NCBI GenBank assembly: GCA_964016885.1
Contig: OZ024759.1
Location: 25,358,001-25,422,000, forward strand
DNA: 64,000 nucleotides
Source: Eledone cirrhosa
Lineage: Eukaryota
Direction: 5' to 3'
Numbering within the stretch: the stretch's first letter is position 1; each line of letters opens with the position of its first letter. Position numbers and translations under genes: made by a program. Below the pieces are notes generated by a model. It searched no databases. It was not told the origin of the DNA and worked only from the letters and a program-made list of their open reading frames with translations. Below, in pieces: positions 1 to 13,560 of this stretch.

Positions 1-3000
1 ACTCATTCGCCTTTATTTACTTACTGTCTCTCCCTTCTTTGTCCCTTTCTCTATGTTTCCCCCTCTTTCTTACACTTGTCTTACACTACGCTTTCTCCTT
101 TTTCTCTGTCTTGCCTCCTATTCACTCAACATCTCTCTCTCTCTTTGCAGCACCTCTGTATTTCTCTCCCTCTCTCTGTCTTCACATATGACCCCTTCCT
201 ATCACCACACTATCTTCTTTGTCCCTCTCACCTCACCTCTTCTCCGTTTACTCTCCTGGAGTAAAATTGCGGGTGTGCAAAATCAGATCAATTTTAGTCA
301 AGGGGGAAGTAATTCTGTAAGCACACTGCCTCCTACCCCCATACTATCTTCTTTCTGTCTCTCTCACCAGCAAACGTAAACACTCTCACTTCCCCTCCTC
401 TCCGATCTCTCTCTCTTAGAATAGTATTGCGGGTGTGCAATATCAGACATACAGAACGACACCAAGTCCCTACTTAGGCGCTCTACCAGGTTCAAATATC
501 TCGAACAAAATGAATTAATAAAACACGACTATGAAACATCAATGTATTCGCCATAATTATATTCACAACTTTATAATAAAACATTGATAAAGAAAAATAA
601 CGAAGTAAAGATAAGATTAAAACCTGAACTTCGTGAAGTTCCGTTAAAAGTATCCATGTTGCCTTGGTAGACGACAGTATATATGTAAATATAGCTGTAA
701 ACCTGTATAAATTTATGTATGCATATATAAATTGTCTTATTTACATAAGTATTTTTCTCATATCGTGTTTAAAATATTTGATAATATATCGTCTGGCTTT
801 ATTCCAGTTAATCACTACATAGCTCTCAACTCATTCGCCTTTATTTACTTACGGTCTCTCCCTTTCTTTTTGTTTCCCCCTCTTTCTTACACTACGCTTT
901 CTCCTTTTTCTCTTTTTGTCCCCATCTGCTGCCGTTTTCTCTGTCTTGCCTCCTATTCACTCAACATCCCTCTCTCTCTCTTTGCAGCACCTCTGTATTT
1001 CTCTCCCTCTTAACCCCCCTCTCTCTGTCTTCACATATGACCCCTCCTACCACCACACTATCTTTTTTCTGTCCCTCTCACTTCACCTCTTCTCTCCCCT
1101 GGAGTCAAATTGCGGGTGTGCAAAATCAGATAAATTTTACAGTCAACGGGGAAGTAATTCTGTAAGCATACTGCCTCCTACCACGATACTATCCTCTTTC
1201 TGTCTCTCTCACCAACAAACGTAAACACTCTCACTTCCCCTCCTCTCCGCTCTCTCTTAGAATAGTATTGCGGGTGTGCAATATCAGATCTCTTTTACAG
1301 TCAAGTGGTAGTAAATCTGAAAACTTACAGAACGACACCATGTCCCTACTTGGGCGCTCTACCAGGTAAAAATATCTCGAACAAAATAAATAAATTATTA
1401 AAACATTATTGTATTCGCCATAATTACATTCATAACAAAAAGAAAGGGACAAAGGAGGGAGAGAGAGACAGTAAGTAAATAAAGGCGAATGAGTTGAGAG
1501 CTTTGTCGTGATTAACTGGAATAAAGCCAGACGACATAATATGAAATATTAAACACGATATTAGAAAAATAGACAATTTATATATATGCATACATAAATA
1601 TATACAAGTTTTGCAGCTATATTTACATATATACTGTCGTCTACCAAGGCAACATGGATACTTTTAACGGAACTTCACGAAGTTCAGGTTTTAATCTTAT
1701 CTTTACTTCGTTATAGCGAATACATTGATGTTTCATAGTCGTGTTTTATTAATTCATTTTGTTCGAGATATTTTTACCTGGTAGAGCGTCCACGTAGGGA
1801 CTTGGTGTCGTTCTGTAAGTTTACAGATTTACTACCACTTTACAGTAAAAGATCTGATATTGCACACCCGCAATACTATTCTAAGAGAGAGCGGAGAGGA
1901 GGGGAAGTGAGAGTGTTTACGTTTGTTGGTGAGAGAGACAGAAAGAAGATAGTATGGGGGTAGGAGGCAGTGTGCTTACAGAATTACTTCCCCCTTGACT
2001 GCAAAATTGATCTGATTTTGCACACCCGCAATTTTACTCCAGGAGAGTGAACGGGGAAGAGAAGAGGGGAGGTGAGAGGGACAGAAAGAAGATAGTGTGG
2101 TGGTAGGACGGGATCATATGTAAAGACAGAGAGAGAGGGGGGGGTGAGAGAAAAGCAGAGAAATATAGAGTAACTGCAAAGAAAGAGAGGGATGTTGAGT
2201 GAATAGGAGGCAAGACAGAGAGAGGGAAAGAAGGGACAGAGAGAGAACGGCGGAGGATGGGGGGGGGGGGGCAAAAAGAGAAAGAGAGGGTAGTAGAAAG
2301 TGTAGAGTAAGAGAGAGGGGGGAACAAAAAGAAGGCGAGTGACTATAGGAGGAAAACAGCGAAAGAAAAAAACAAAAAAGGCAGAGAGAGAGAGAGGGAG
2401 AAAGGCTGTGTGTGAGGGAAAGAGAGAGAGTAAGTAAATAAAGGGGAGAGTTGAGAGTTATGTCGTGATTAACTGGAATAAAACCAGACGACATAATATG
2501 AAATATTAAACACGATATTAGAGAAATACTTTTGTAAATAAGACAACAATTTAAATACATATATGCATACATAAATATAAACATATGTTTACAGCTATAT
2601 ATCATGTAACCGTCGTCTGCCAAGGCAACATGGATACTTTTAACGGAGTTTCTCGAAGTTTAGGTTTTAATCTTATCTTAACTTCTTTATTTTTCCTTAT
2701 CAATGTTTTATTATAAAGTTGTGAATATAATTATGGCAAATACATTGATGTTTCATAGTCGTGTTTTATTAATTAATTTATTTTGTTCGAGATATGTTTA
2801 CCTGGTAGAGCGCCCAAGTAGGGACTTGGTATCGTTCTGTATGTCTGATATTGCACAACCACAACACTATTGTCAGAGAGAGAGCGCGGAGAGGAGGGGA
2901 AGTGAGAGTGTTTACGTTTGTTGGTGAGAGAGACAGAAAGAAGATAGTATCGTGGTAGGAGGATGTATGTTTACAGAATTACTTCCCCCTTGACTGTAAA

Positions 3001-6000
3001 ATTGATCTGATTTTGCACACCCGCAATTTTATTAGAGAGAGACAGACAGATAGATAGAGAGGGGAGTGAATAGGAGGTAAGACAGAGAAAGAACGGCGGA
3101 GGATGGGGGGTCAAAAAGAGAAAGGATTTGAGAATGAGAGAGAAAGAGAGGGAAGTAGAAAGCCTAGAGTAAGAGAGGGGGAAACAGCGAAACAAAGAAG
3201 GAAGGGAGAAAGAGAAAGGCTGTATGAGAGAAGGGCTCGGCAAAAAGAGAAAGTAAAGGCTGTATGAGAGGGGAAAGAAAGAGAGAGAAAGAGACATTAA
3301 GTAAACAAAGGGGAGTGAGTTCAACGTGATTAAATGCAATAAAACCAGACACAATGAAATATTAAACACGATAATAGACAAATATTTTTGTAAATAAGAC
3401 AATAATTTATATATACATATTGTCATACATAAATATATACATATATCTACAACTATATTTATATATATACACACACATGTAACTGTCGTCTACCAAGGCA
3501 ACATGGACACTTTTACGGAGTTTCACGAAGTTTAGGTTTTAATCTAGTCTTAACTTCTTTATTTTTCCTTATCAATATTTTATTATAAAGTTGTGAATAT
3601 AATTATGGCAAATACATTGATGTTTCATAGTCGTGTTTTATTAATTAATTTATTTTGTTCGAGATATGTTTACCTGGTAGAGCGCCCAAGTAGGGACTTG
3701 GTATCGTTCTGTATGTCTGATATTGCACAACCACAACACTATTGTCAGAGAGAGAGCGCGGAGAGGAGGGGAAGTGAGAGTGTTTACGTTTGTTGGTGAG
3801 AGAGACAGAAAGAAGATAGTATGGGGGTAGGAGGCAGTGTGCTTACAGAATTACTTCCCCCTTGACTGCAAAATTGATCTGATTTTGCACACCCGCAATT
3901 TTACTCCAGGAGAGTGAACGGAGAAGAGAAGAGAGGAGGTGAGAGGGACAGAAAGAAGATAGTGTGGTGGTAGGAAGGGGTCATATGTGAAGACGGAGAG
4001 AGAGGGGGTGAGAGAAAGGCAGAGAAATATAGAGGAACTGCAAAGAAAGAGAGAGATGTTGAGTGAATAGGAGGTAAGACAGAGAGAGAATGCGAGGGAT
4101 GGGGGGCAAAAAGAGAAAGGATTTGAGAATAAGAGAGAGAAAGAGAGGATAGTAGAAAGTGTAGAGTAAGAGAGAGGGGGGAACAAAAAGAAGGCGAGTG
4201 ACTATAGGAGGAAAACAGCGAAAGAAAGAAACAAAAAAGGCAGAGAGAGAGAAAGGCTGTGTGTGATGGAAAGAGAGAGAGTAAGTAAATAAAGTTAAGA
4301 GTTATGTCGTGATTAACTGGAATAAAACCAGACGACATAATATGAAATATTAAACACGATATTAGAGAAATACTTTTGTAAATAAGACAACAATTTAAAT
4401 ACATATATGCATACATAAATATAAACATATGTTTACAGCTATATATCATGTAACCGTCGTCTGCCAAGGCAACATGGATACTTTTAACGGAGTTTCTCGA
4501 AGTTTAGGTTTTAATCTTATCTTAACTTCTTTATTTTTCCTTATCAATGTTTTATTATAAAGTTATGAATGTAATTATGGCGAATACATTGATGTTTCAT
4601 AGTCGTGTTTTATTAATTCATTTTCTTCGAGATATTTTTACATGGTAGAGCGCCCAAGTAGGGACTTGGTGTCGTTCGGAATGTCTGATATTGCACACCC
4701 GCAATACTATTCTAAGAGAGAGATATCGGAGAGGAGGGAAAGTGAGAGTGTTTATGTTTGTTTGTGAGAGAGACAGAAAGAAGAAAGTATCGTGGTAGGA
4801 GGATGTATGCTTACAGAATTACTTCCCCCTTGACTGTAAAATTGATCTGATTTTGCACACCCGCAATTTTATTAGAGAGAGACAGACAGATAAATAGAGA
4901 GGGGAGTGAATAGGAGGTAAGACAGAGAAAGAACGGCGGAGGATGGGGGTCAAAAAGAGAAAGGATTTGAGAATGAGAGAGAAAGAGAGGGAAGTAGAAA
5001 GCCTAGAGTAAGAGAGGGGGAAACAGCGAAACAAAGAAGGAAGGGAGAAAGAGAAAGGCTGTATGAGAGAAGGGCTCGGCAAAAAGAGAAAGTAAAGGCT
5101 GTATGAGAGGGGAAAGAAAGAGAGAGAAAGAGACATTAAGTAAACAAAGGGGAGTAAGTTCAACGTGATTAAATGCAATAAAACCAGACACAATGAAATA
5201 TTAAACACGATAATAGACAAATATTTTTGTAAATAAGACAATAATTTATATATACATATTGGCATACATAAATATATACATATATCTACAACTATATTTA
5301 TATATACACACACATGTAACTGTCGTCTACCAAGGCAACATGGACACTTTTACGGAGTTTCACGAAGTTTAAGTTTTAATCTAGTCTTAACTTCTTTATT
5401 TTTCCTTATCAATGTTTTATTATAAAGTTGTGAATATAATTATGGCAAATACATTGATGTTTCATAGTCGTGTTTTATTAATTAATTTATTTTGTTCGAG
5501 ATATGTTTACCTGGTAGAGCGCCCAAGTAGGGACTTGGTATCGTTCTGTATGTCTGATATTGCACAACCACAACACTATTGTCAGAGAGAGAGCGCGGAG
5601 AGGAGGGGAAGTGAGAGTGTTTACGTTTGTTGGTGAGAGAGACAGAAAGAAGATAGCATGGGGGTAGGAGGCAGTGTGCTTACAGAATTACTTCCCCCTT
5701 GACTGCAAAATTGATCTGATTTTGCACACCCGCAATTTTACTCCAGGAGAGTGAACGGAGAAGAGAAGAGGGGAGGTGAGAGGGACAGAAAGAAGATAGT
5801 GTGGTGGTAGGAAGGGGTCATATGTGAAGACGGAGAGAGAGGGGGTGAGAGAAAGGCAGAGAAATATAGAGGAACTGCAAAGAAAGAGAGAGATGTTGAG
5901 TGAATAGGAGGCAAGACAGAGAGAGAATGCGAGGGATGGGGGGCAAAAAGAGAAAGGATTTGAGAATAAGAGAGAGAAAGAGAGGGTAGTAGAAAGTGTA

Positions 6001-6498
6001 GAGTAAGAGAGAGGGGGGAACAAAAAGAAGACGAGTGACTATAAGAGGAAAACAGCGAAAGAAAGAAACAAAAAAGGCAGAGAGAGAGAGAGAAAGGCTG
6101 TGTGTGATGGAAAGAGAGAGAGTAAGTAAATAAAGTTAAGAGTTATGTCGTGATTAACTGGAATAAAACCAGACGACATAATATGAAATATTAAACACGA
6201 TATTAGAGAAATACTTTTGTAAATAAGACAACAATTTAAATACATATATGCATACATAAATATAAACATATGTTTACAGCTATATATCATGTAACCGTCG
6301 TCTGCCAAGGCAACATGGATACTTTTAACGGAGTTTCTCGAAGTTTAGGTTTTAATCTTATCTTAACTTCTTTATTTTTCCTTATCAATGTTTTATTATA
6401 AAGTTATGAATGTAATTATGGCGAATACATTGATGTTTCATAGTCGTGTTTTATTAATTCATTTTCTTCGAGATATTTTTACATGGTAGAGCGCCCAA
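1..6498. repeat. Satellite with ~0.83-1.0 kb monomer; forward 1-~1435, inverted ~1440-6498
   Basis: actcattcgcctttatttacttac occurs at 1 and ~829 and its reverse complement at ~1470. ttacagaattacttccccc recurs at ~1976, 2971, 3843, 4810 and 5680. Confidence 0.93.
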
Positions 6499-6714
6499 TT
6501 GATGGAAGGCAGGAGGCTGAATTAAGTGCAAGAATTGCAGGAGCTGGTGCAGTAATGCACCAGCTTCAGTATCTGTAATGAGAAGGGAGGTAAGTGTAAA
6601 ATCTAAACTCGCTACCTTCACAAATACAAGCTGCCGGGGAGGGGGTTCCTCTGAATGGTATTTGTAGTAATGTTACTCAATAGAGTGCATAGCTTGGAGA
6701 TCAGAGAGACAGCT

Positions 6715-7280
6715 GTATAAAAAATGTGCAGGGCAATGAAAATTTGATAGAAGCTACAGAGTGGGCGGACCAAGAAAAACCTGGGACGAGGTGATAAAAA
6801 CTGACCTTGCTCACTTACACCTCTCTAAGATAATGTCACAGGATTGAAATCTTTGGCGCCATGCAGTTGTACAGAAGACTCACCTTCCCTTGCATACAAA
6901 CCTAGTCAGTAGGCACCTCTTAACTCAATATACACCCCACACACCCTACTACCCCATCCTCCCATTACCGTTCCGTCCACTGTGTTGATGACACAACAGT
7001 CCACACTGTAAAGGGGTCGTGTAGGAGACACAGTAACGAGGCTCCCAGTCCACACTGTAAATGTGGTTGGTGCTAGGAAGGGCATCAAGCTGTAGAAAAC
7101 CTGCCAGATAGTCCTATATGAGCAAGACACGGTCACTCTACCTACCTTGCCTCAAGTGGGACAACTCCCGTCTAACAACCTGCCAGAGACACGGTCTCCT
7201 GACCATTTCCGCATCAAATGGAACAAAATCGTCTAACCCATGCTAGCATGGAAGATGGACGTTAAACGATGATGATGATA
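6715..7280 (+). mobile_element. RTE 3' end / RTE-related short element with (GAT)n tail
   Basis: GRPRKTWDEVIKTDL...DLWRHAV, then ...aacccatgctagcatggaagatggacgttaaacgatgatgat. Reverse copies lie at ~8312-8810, 8903-9120, 30785-30960 and 36375-36600. Confidence 0.72.
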
Positions 7281-7589
7281 TATATATATATATATATTCT
7301 TTATTATGACTAAGTGATGAGTCTTATTGCTCTGGAGTTTCATCTCCGCACACACAGTATCCTCAGATAAGGCACTCACCCACATACCAACCAACCTACT
7401 TATCTATCTACCAACCAAATGTCTACACACAAGTGTCTAGCTGCTCACTTATTCATCTCCTCATCTACTCACCCACATTGCCATAGTTTAACAAGTGAAA
7501 TCATTTAAAGAGTATAAGCATACCTGCAAATGTTTCCTTAAATCCCTATTTCATTAGAAGATAACTGAATAAAATTGCTGCATCAATCT

Positions 7590-7980
7590 GCTTTACAATA
7601 GGCACACCATATACCTGTGTGTATCTGGTTGACAATAGATACACTATATCCTAGTGTATCTGGTTTACAATACATACACTGTATCCGTGTGTATATCTGG
7701 TTTACAATAGGCACACCATATCCGTGTGTATATCTGATTTACGATAGGTACACGGTATCCCTGTGTATATCTGGTTTACAATACATACACTGTATCCCTG
7801 TGTATATCTGGTTTACAATAGGTACACTGTAACCCTGTGTGTATCTGGTTTACAATAGGTACACTGTATCCCTATATGTATCTGGTTTAAAACAGGTACA
7901 CCATATCACTGTATATATCTTTATGTAGCTGCTTTAGAATAGGTAAACTGTATCTCTTTGTATATCTACAATGGATACAC
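7590..7980 (+). repeat. Minisatellite, 35-37 bp unit (tgtatatctggtttacaataggtacactgtatccctg), ~10-11 copies
   Basis: ggtttacaa recurs at 7662, 7699 and onward. Confidence 0.88.
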
Positions 7981-9217
7981 TTTTACTGGCCCAGAGGCCA
8001 GTAAAACAGTTGTTACCAGAAAGGACATCTGGCTATAAAAATTAAAAAAATTGCTCCATTTATTATGGTAAGAAACTCTCAGGAGAGCTTGACAGCAAAA
8101 CATCTTCAGAAAAGAAACTCCTCTCAAGTGAGTGTTTCAACCCATAACATTTTACACTCAAAGGAGGCTGGACTCCTCCAAGTTATGACTCCTCAGTGCC
8201 CTTCTGCTGACATTTAGGTATTTGGATATCTGAAATTTGTATAATAATATTATTGAAGTCATCAGAAGAACCGATATATCTTTAATTAAGCCAGCATCAT
8301 TAAGATAATGAATCATCATCATCGCTTAATGTCCATCTTCCATGCTAGCATGGGTTAGACGGGAATTGTCCCACTTGAGGTAAGATTGATCGGGTGATCG
8401 TGTCTCGCTCGTATAGGACTATCTGGCAGGTTTTCTATGGCTGGATGCCCTTCCTAACACCGACCTCGTTTACAGTGTGAACTGGGAGGTTTTTAACGTG
8501 TTACCTACATGGCCACATTACAGCATGGACTGTGTGTTTTTTTGTCGTGACACCTACATGACCGCATTAGTTTGGACTGCATGTTGTGGTACCAACATAA
8601 CTTTACAGAGAAAGGGTGGTGTTGGTGGGAGTGGGAGGATAGAGTAAGGGTAGTGAGTTGGGGTATATATTTGGTTAAGAGGTACCTATTGGCTGTAGGT
8701 TTCGCTTTGTACATAGCTAAGGTGGGTCTTCTGTACTATTGTGTGGCGCCAAAGATCTCGGTCCAGTGACATTGTCTTAGAGAGGTGCAAGTGTGTAAGG
8801 TCGGAATTTATCAAATATACAAATTTATATATACATATATCATATACACAAATTTTTATATATATATATATCATATATACAAATTTATATATATATATAT
8901 TATCATCATCATGATCATTTAACGTCCATTTTCCATGCTAGCATGTATTAGACGGGTTGTCCCATTTGAGGCAAGTTGGGTCAGGTGACCATGTCTTACT
9001 CATACAGAACTGTTTCTGGTTTGGTTTCTACAGCTGGATGTCCTTCCTGACACCAACCACATTTACAGTGTTTGTTGGGTGCTTTTTTTTCATGACACCT
9101 ACATGACCACTTTACAGTGTATAAGATATATACATATATATATATCATTTTTTATTCTTTCTCTTGCTCTGGTCATATATTTTGGTGCATTGTATTTGAG
9201 GTTCCTAACAATAGCTA

Positions 9218-10470
9218 ATCTTCTTCTTCACCCAGTTATTGCTGAGAGGGTCGTGGGGGCAGAGTCTTCAAATACTCCCTTCAGCAGGTCCTGTCAGAAG
9301 CAATCATCTCCAACTGATCTGGCTGGATCCCCAAGTGTGACTAGTTAAGCTCATGAAAGTTATCCAACCATCTTGCTTGGGGTCTGCCCCAGCTCTACCT
9401 GGAGTGACTCTCTGAGTGATGCACTTTAACATGTAATGTTACCCCAAAGTTCCTTAGGATGAACCCCATTTCAGCAGCTTGTATTTACGATTATATTCTT
9501 TTGGTCATTACCCAAGATTCATGACTATAGGTAAGGGTTGGCACGAAAACTGAATTGAAGATAGCGAGTTTAGCTTTTACACCTACCTCCCTTCTTCTGA
9601 TTACTGAATGCTGAAGCTGGCATATTTCTGCACCAGCTCCTGCAATTCTTGCACTTAATTCAGCCTCCTACATTCCATCACTCATGAACACGGCCCCAAG
9701 ATACTTGAACGTCTCTACCTGCTTCCGTGGAACTCCATTCTCATGTAGAGTGTACTGCGCAAGCTTCCTTGAGAGGATGAGTGTCTCAGTTTTTGCAGCA
9801 ATGATTTTCATTCCACATGTAGCACTCGGCATAAACCTATCAAATGCAAGTCAAAGATCATCTGTGCAAAGAAGGAGGCTTACAAAGCTTAGCTTGGAAA
9901 TAAGTCCTGCTTGCATTTGTGGTACAACCAGGCTCGAAAAATCGCAGCAGAGACAGTAAAAGCTTCCAAAGATATGGGAAGACTTTGGGCTTAAGTTGGA
10001 ATCCGATTTCAGATCAGCAAATGAACCATCTGTCATAAGAAGCCCTCCTCCACACCTACTATCAAGAACGTGTCTGGGGTTCTCCTCTCTTCAGAGAGGT
10101 GCATCCTTGTGAGGTGGAGAGAATAATTTGCTGATCTACTAACCCGATCACAAAATCCTTGGCACTACACATTCTTTTACTTTCACTTCTGACAGCCAAT
10201 TCCGTTGTAGTGCCTAATCCTTAAATAAAGATGGTATTCTTTGGTTGACTTCTGTGTGCCTGGCGGCCTGAATCTCTGAAAGGGCACCTAAGCAATGGCA
10301 ATCGGGAGTGATAATCCCAATTTTCAAAAAGGGAGACAAAGAGCGATTGTTCCAATTACAGAGGGGTCTCCTTGTTAAGCCTCCCCGGTAAAGTTTCTTC
10401 TAAGTGTCTGGCAAAGGGATGTAGGGAGATTGTCGAGTCCAAGCTAGCTGATGAACAGTGTAGCTTTCGC
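9218..10470 (-). mobile_element. Degenerate RTE-clade LINE with an inverted 5' part
   Basis: Minus 9930-9218 gives LLCTDDL, QVETFKYLG, PTLTYSHESW and a (GAA)n tail. Plus ~9930-10470 gives QWQSGVIIPIFKKGDK, SNYRGVSLLSLPGKV and EQCSFR. Confidence 0.82.
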
Positions 10471-10664
10471 AATCGTTAATCGTATTGGTTATATATTCTC
10501 ATTCTAAAAGAATGGTGAGCTATTTGTAATGTTATTTATGTAAATCTTTAAGACTTAATAAATAAAATTTTGAAAACAGACGTAAGGAAATACATAGAGA
10601 AATACACAAACGGTGAACACTATAATTAAGTGTTCAGGCTATCTGATATCAAATAATAACATAC

Positions 10665-10794
10665 CTGCCAGTTTTACGTGATTTGGTAACCACGGTTCGA
10701 AGCTTCTAGACCATTCTTGTAGAACACGATCGCAAAGATATTCAATAATCCAACCGTTTATTGTGTTTTCAATTAAATGAAAATTGTCAGCCAT
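10665..10794 (-). CDS. Candidate first coding exon of a divergent gene, TRFH-like (telomere repeat-binding factor-like) N-terminus
   Basis: Minus strand: gccacaATGG (strong Kozak), 43 open codons MADNFHLIENTINGWIIEYLCDRVLQEWSRSFEPWLPNHVKLA, then G|gtatgt (phase 1 donor), in unique CpG-containing sequence. GWIIEYLC resembles TRF1 GWMLDFLC (from memory). No intact downstream exons were found in the window. Confidence 0.5.
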
Positions 10795-11104
10795 TGTGGC
10801 GGGGAAAGTATTTGAAATCTCGTAACACCGGTGTCAAACGAAATAATTCCCCTTCTTAAAATACCTCCTAAAATGATTTGCTTCCGCTAAATGTATCTAT
10901 GCTCCCGTAACTTTTAAGGAATTCGTAGGAGCACCGTATTAACAAACGTCATTTCTAGGGTATTTTTAAACCTGGCGGAGTTCATCTCTTCTCCAGATCT
11001 GAATACAGCAGATTTCATCCAGAGAAGGATAGAAAGTGAGAAAGACATATAGAGGAAGAATCGAACCCTAGTACTAGACTGGTACTTTTTTTTTATCGAC
11101 CTCG

Positions 11105-11758
11105 GGCATAGGTTAAGTTTAACGTCCTCGAAAATGAAACTAGGTTTTCTGACAAGTGAATGTGTTTGTTTGTTTTTTTACAATGAAATTTACGATACAC
11201 TCTTTGTTTATTTACAACAGGTCTCTATAGTGATATGGTGTTAATTAGTATTGCGTGTGTGATTATTTTCTCTTATATATATATGTGTGGGTGTGTATAT
11301 GTGTGTATATATATGTGTGTATGTATGTATATATATATATATGTGTGTTTGTATATATATATGTGTTTGTGTCATCATCATCGTTTAGATGTTTTTGTAA
11401 TATCTTGCCAAAGTTGACACCAACTATAAACAAATTAAGGCCGGGTCATAAGAAGGACAGAGAATGATAAGGGATTTGGGTAAAAACATGTAAACGATGA
11501 TGATGACACAAACACATATATATATACAAACACACATATATATATACATACAGACACACATATATATACACACCCACACATATATATATAAGAGAAAATA
11601 ATCACACACGCAATACTAATTAACACCATATCACTATAGAGACCTGTTGTAAATAAACAAAGAGTGTATCGTAAATTTCATTGTAAAAAAAAAAAAAACA
11701 CATTCACTTGTCAGAAAACCTAGTTTCATTTTCGAGGACGTTAAACTTAACCTATGCC
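11105..11758. mobile_element. Non-autonomous long-TIR (Mutator/foldback-like) DNA element with 9-bp TSD, inserted in a SINE
   Basis: TIRs of ~290 bp (GGCATAGGTTAAGTTTAACG...CGTTAAACTTAACCTATGCC) are flanked by TCGACCTCG at 11096-11104 and 11759-11767. Confidence 0.88.
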
Positions 11759-12429
11759 TCGACCTCGAAAGAATGAAAAGCAAAGTTAACCTCGGCGGAA
11801 TTTAAAATCAGAGAGTAACGAATACCACAAAAGATTCCATCCGACGTTTCAATTCGTCCTTCCTTCCGCCAAATACCTAGTTTAAACGTCTTTCACATGA
11901 CGTATCAAGATATAGATTTAGTTAGTAAGAGAATAATCGAATCTGAAGTTCCTTGTGTGTATTTTTGCATCCCTACTTAGAGCGGTTATGGTTTAGTTTC
12001 AGACGGAATTTCTTTATAAAAGACTGAGTCATAAGTAACAGGGCAGTACTTCTACTCCTCCTACTTCTTCTTCTTTTTCGACATAAGCACAAAAGTCCTT
12101 GGCTTACCCAGGAGATCAGTGCCTCCTCTTCAGCACTGACTTGGTATATATGGACCTATCCAACCCTTGCTAAAAGACAAAACCACAAGACTACCTCCTG
12201 GACAGAACACCTGTCCAACACAGGGTTAAACCCACAGCTATTGCTGGTACTCATTTCCAACTGAGTATACCGGAGCAACATGAAATGAAGGGTTTTACTC
12301 AAGAACACAACACACAACCCAGTCCAAGAATTAAACCCATGACATTAAGATTGTAAGCTAAACACACTTATCACTAGGCCACCTGCCTCCACAAGGTGGA
12401 ATTCCCTGCCTGGAAACTTGGTGCAAGCA

Positions 12430-12517
<88 letters not shown>

Positions 12518-13219
12518 TATTGTTTAAGGATGGACTGAGAACCCAGCTCAAAAGTGATGGGATTCCTATAAGAATAATTATATCACAAATTAGAAACATC
12601 TGGACACAATTTTAAAGAATATATTATCGGGAAGTAGAATAAACCAAAAGATCAACTGCTAGAATCTTACATTGTCAACACCTCTCCATTAGATTAACAA
12701 CAACAAAAAAAACTGAGAAAGAACTGCCATTTTTAGAGATATTCATAAAACAACTGGCAGAGTAGACCCTGAGCAAGATGGTTTGATAGCATCCATGAGC
12801 TCGACTGGTCTCGCTTGGGGATCCTTCCAGGTCAATTGGAGCCAGATGCTTCTGGCAAAACAGAAGATGTATACATAATACTGTCTCACTTCTTTTTTTA
12901 TAATATATATATATAATAGTTTCTACTTTAGGCACAAAGCCAGCAATTACCCAGTGCATACTGGTACTTTATTTTATCGATCCCGTAAGGATGAAAGGCA
13001 AAGTCAACCTCGGCAGGATTTGAACTCAGATCGTAAAGGGATATATATAATGAATAAAAATAACCAGGATTAAATTACATTAAATTATTTCAATGATTTA
13101 CAAATATTTCTATCAATACAGTAAGAAATTCCACTTTTTCCTCTGTACTGATTTACTCAGAATCTATTAAACAGCATGAATAACATAATTTATAATATAT
13201 ATACATATATATATATACA

Positions 13220-13310
<91 letters not shown>

Positions 13311-13401
13311 CGTTATTCCGGGTTGAATCGGAGGTAACCACAGTAAGTAAGGTACTCAATACATTGCAGAGTATAAAAGTTTTTATATATATATATATAT
13401 A

Positions 13402-13560
13402 AGTAAGACCTCAAGCAGGAGGAGAGTGACTTGGTGGTGGAACAATAAGGTAGATGAAGCAGTCAAGGCCAAGAGACAGGCATGGAAAGAATGGAAGAAC
13501 GGGGGAGCAGGGTACATTACATAGAGACCAAGAGGGAAGCTAGGCGACAAGTATACTTAG
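13402..13560 (+). mobile_element. Internal RTE LINE fragment abutting the 15-mer array
   Basis: RRVTWWWNNKVDEAVKAKRQAWKEWKNG/GSRVHYIETKREARRQVYL with one frameshift, the typical RTE linker between EN and RT. Confidence 0.75.

Noticed and set aside
53-6308. Repeated ORFs in the 0.9-kb satellite (e.g. MADDGY..., MFYYK...)
   Set aside because: Low complexity, with lengths and frames not conserved between copies and no recognisable domain. No hammerhead core was found in the monomer either.
7524-8229. Possible downstream exons of the minus-strand gene (acceptor near 8230, donor near 7523)
   Set aside because: Every frame I tried hits a stop and there is no TRFH similarity. These could be pseudo-exons, so I did not call them.
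10698-10717. Four-unit HSE-like cGAAgcTTCtaGACcaTTCt
   Set aside because: It has one mismatch and lies inside the candidate coding exon, so it may be coincidental.
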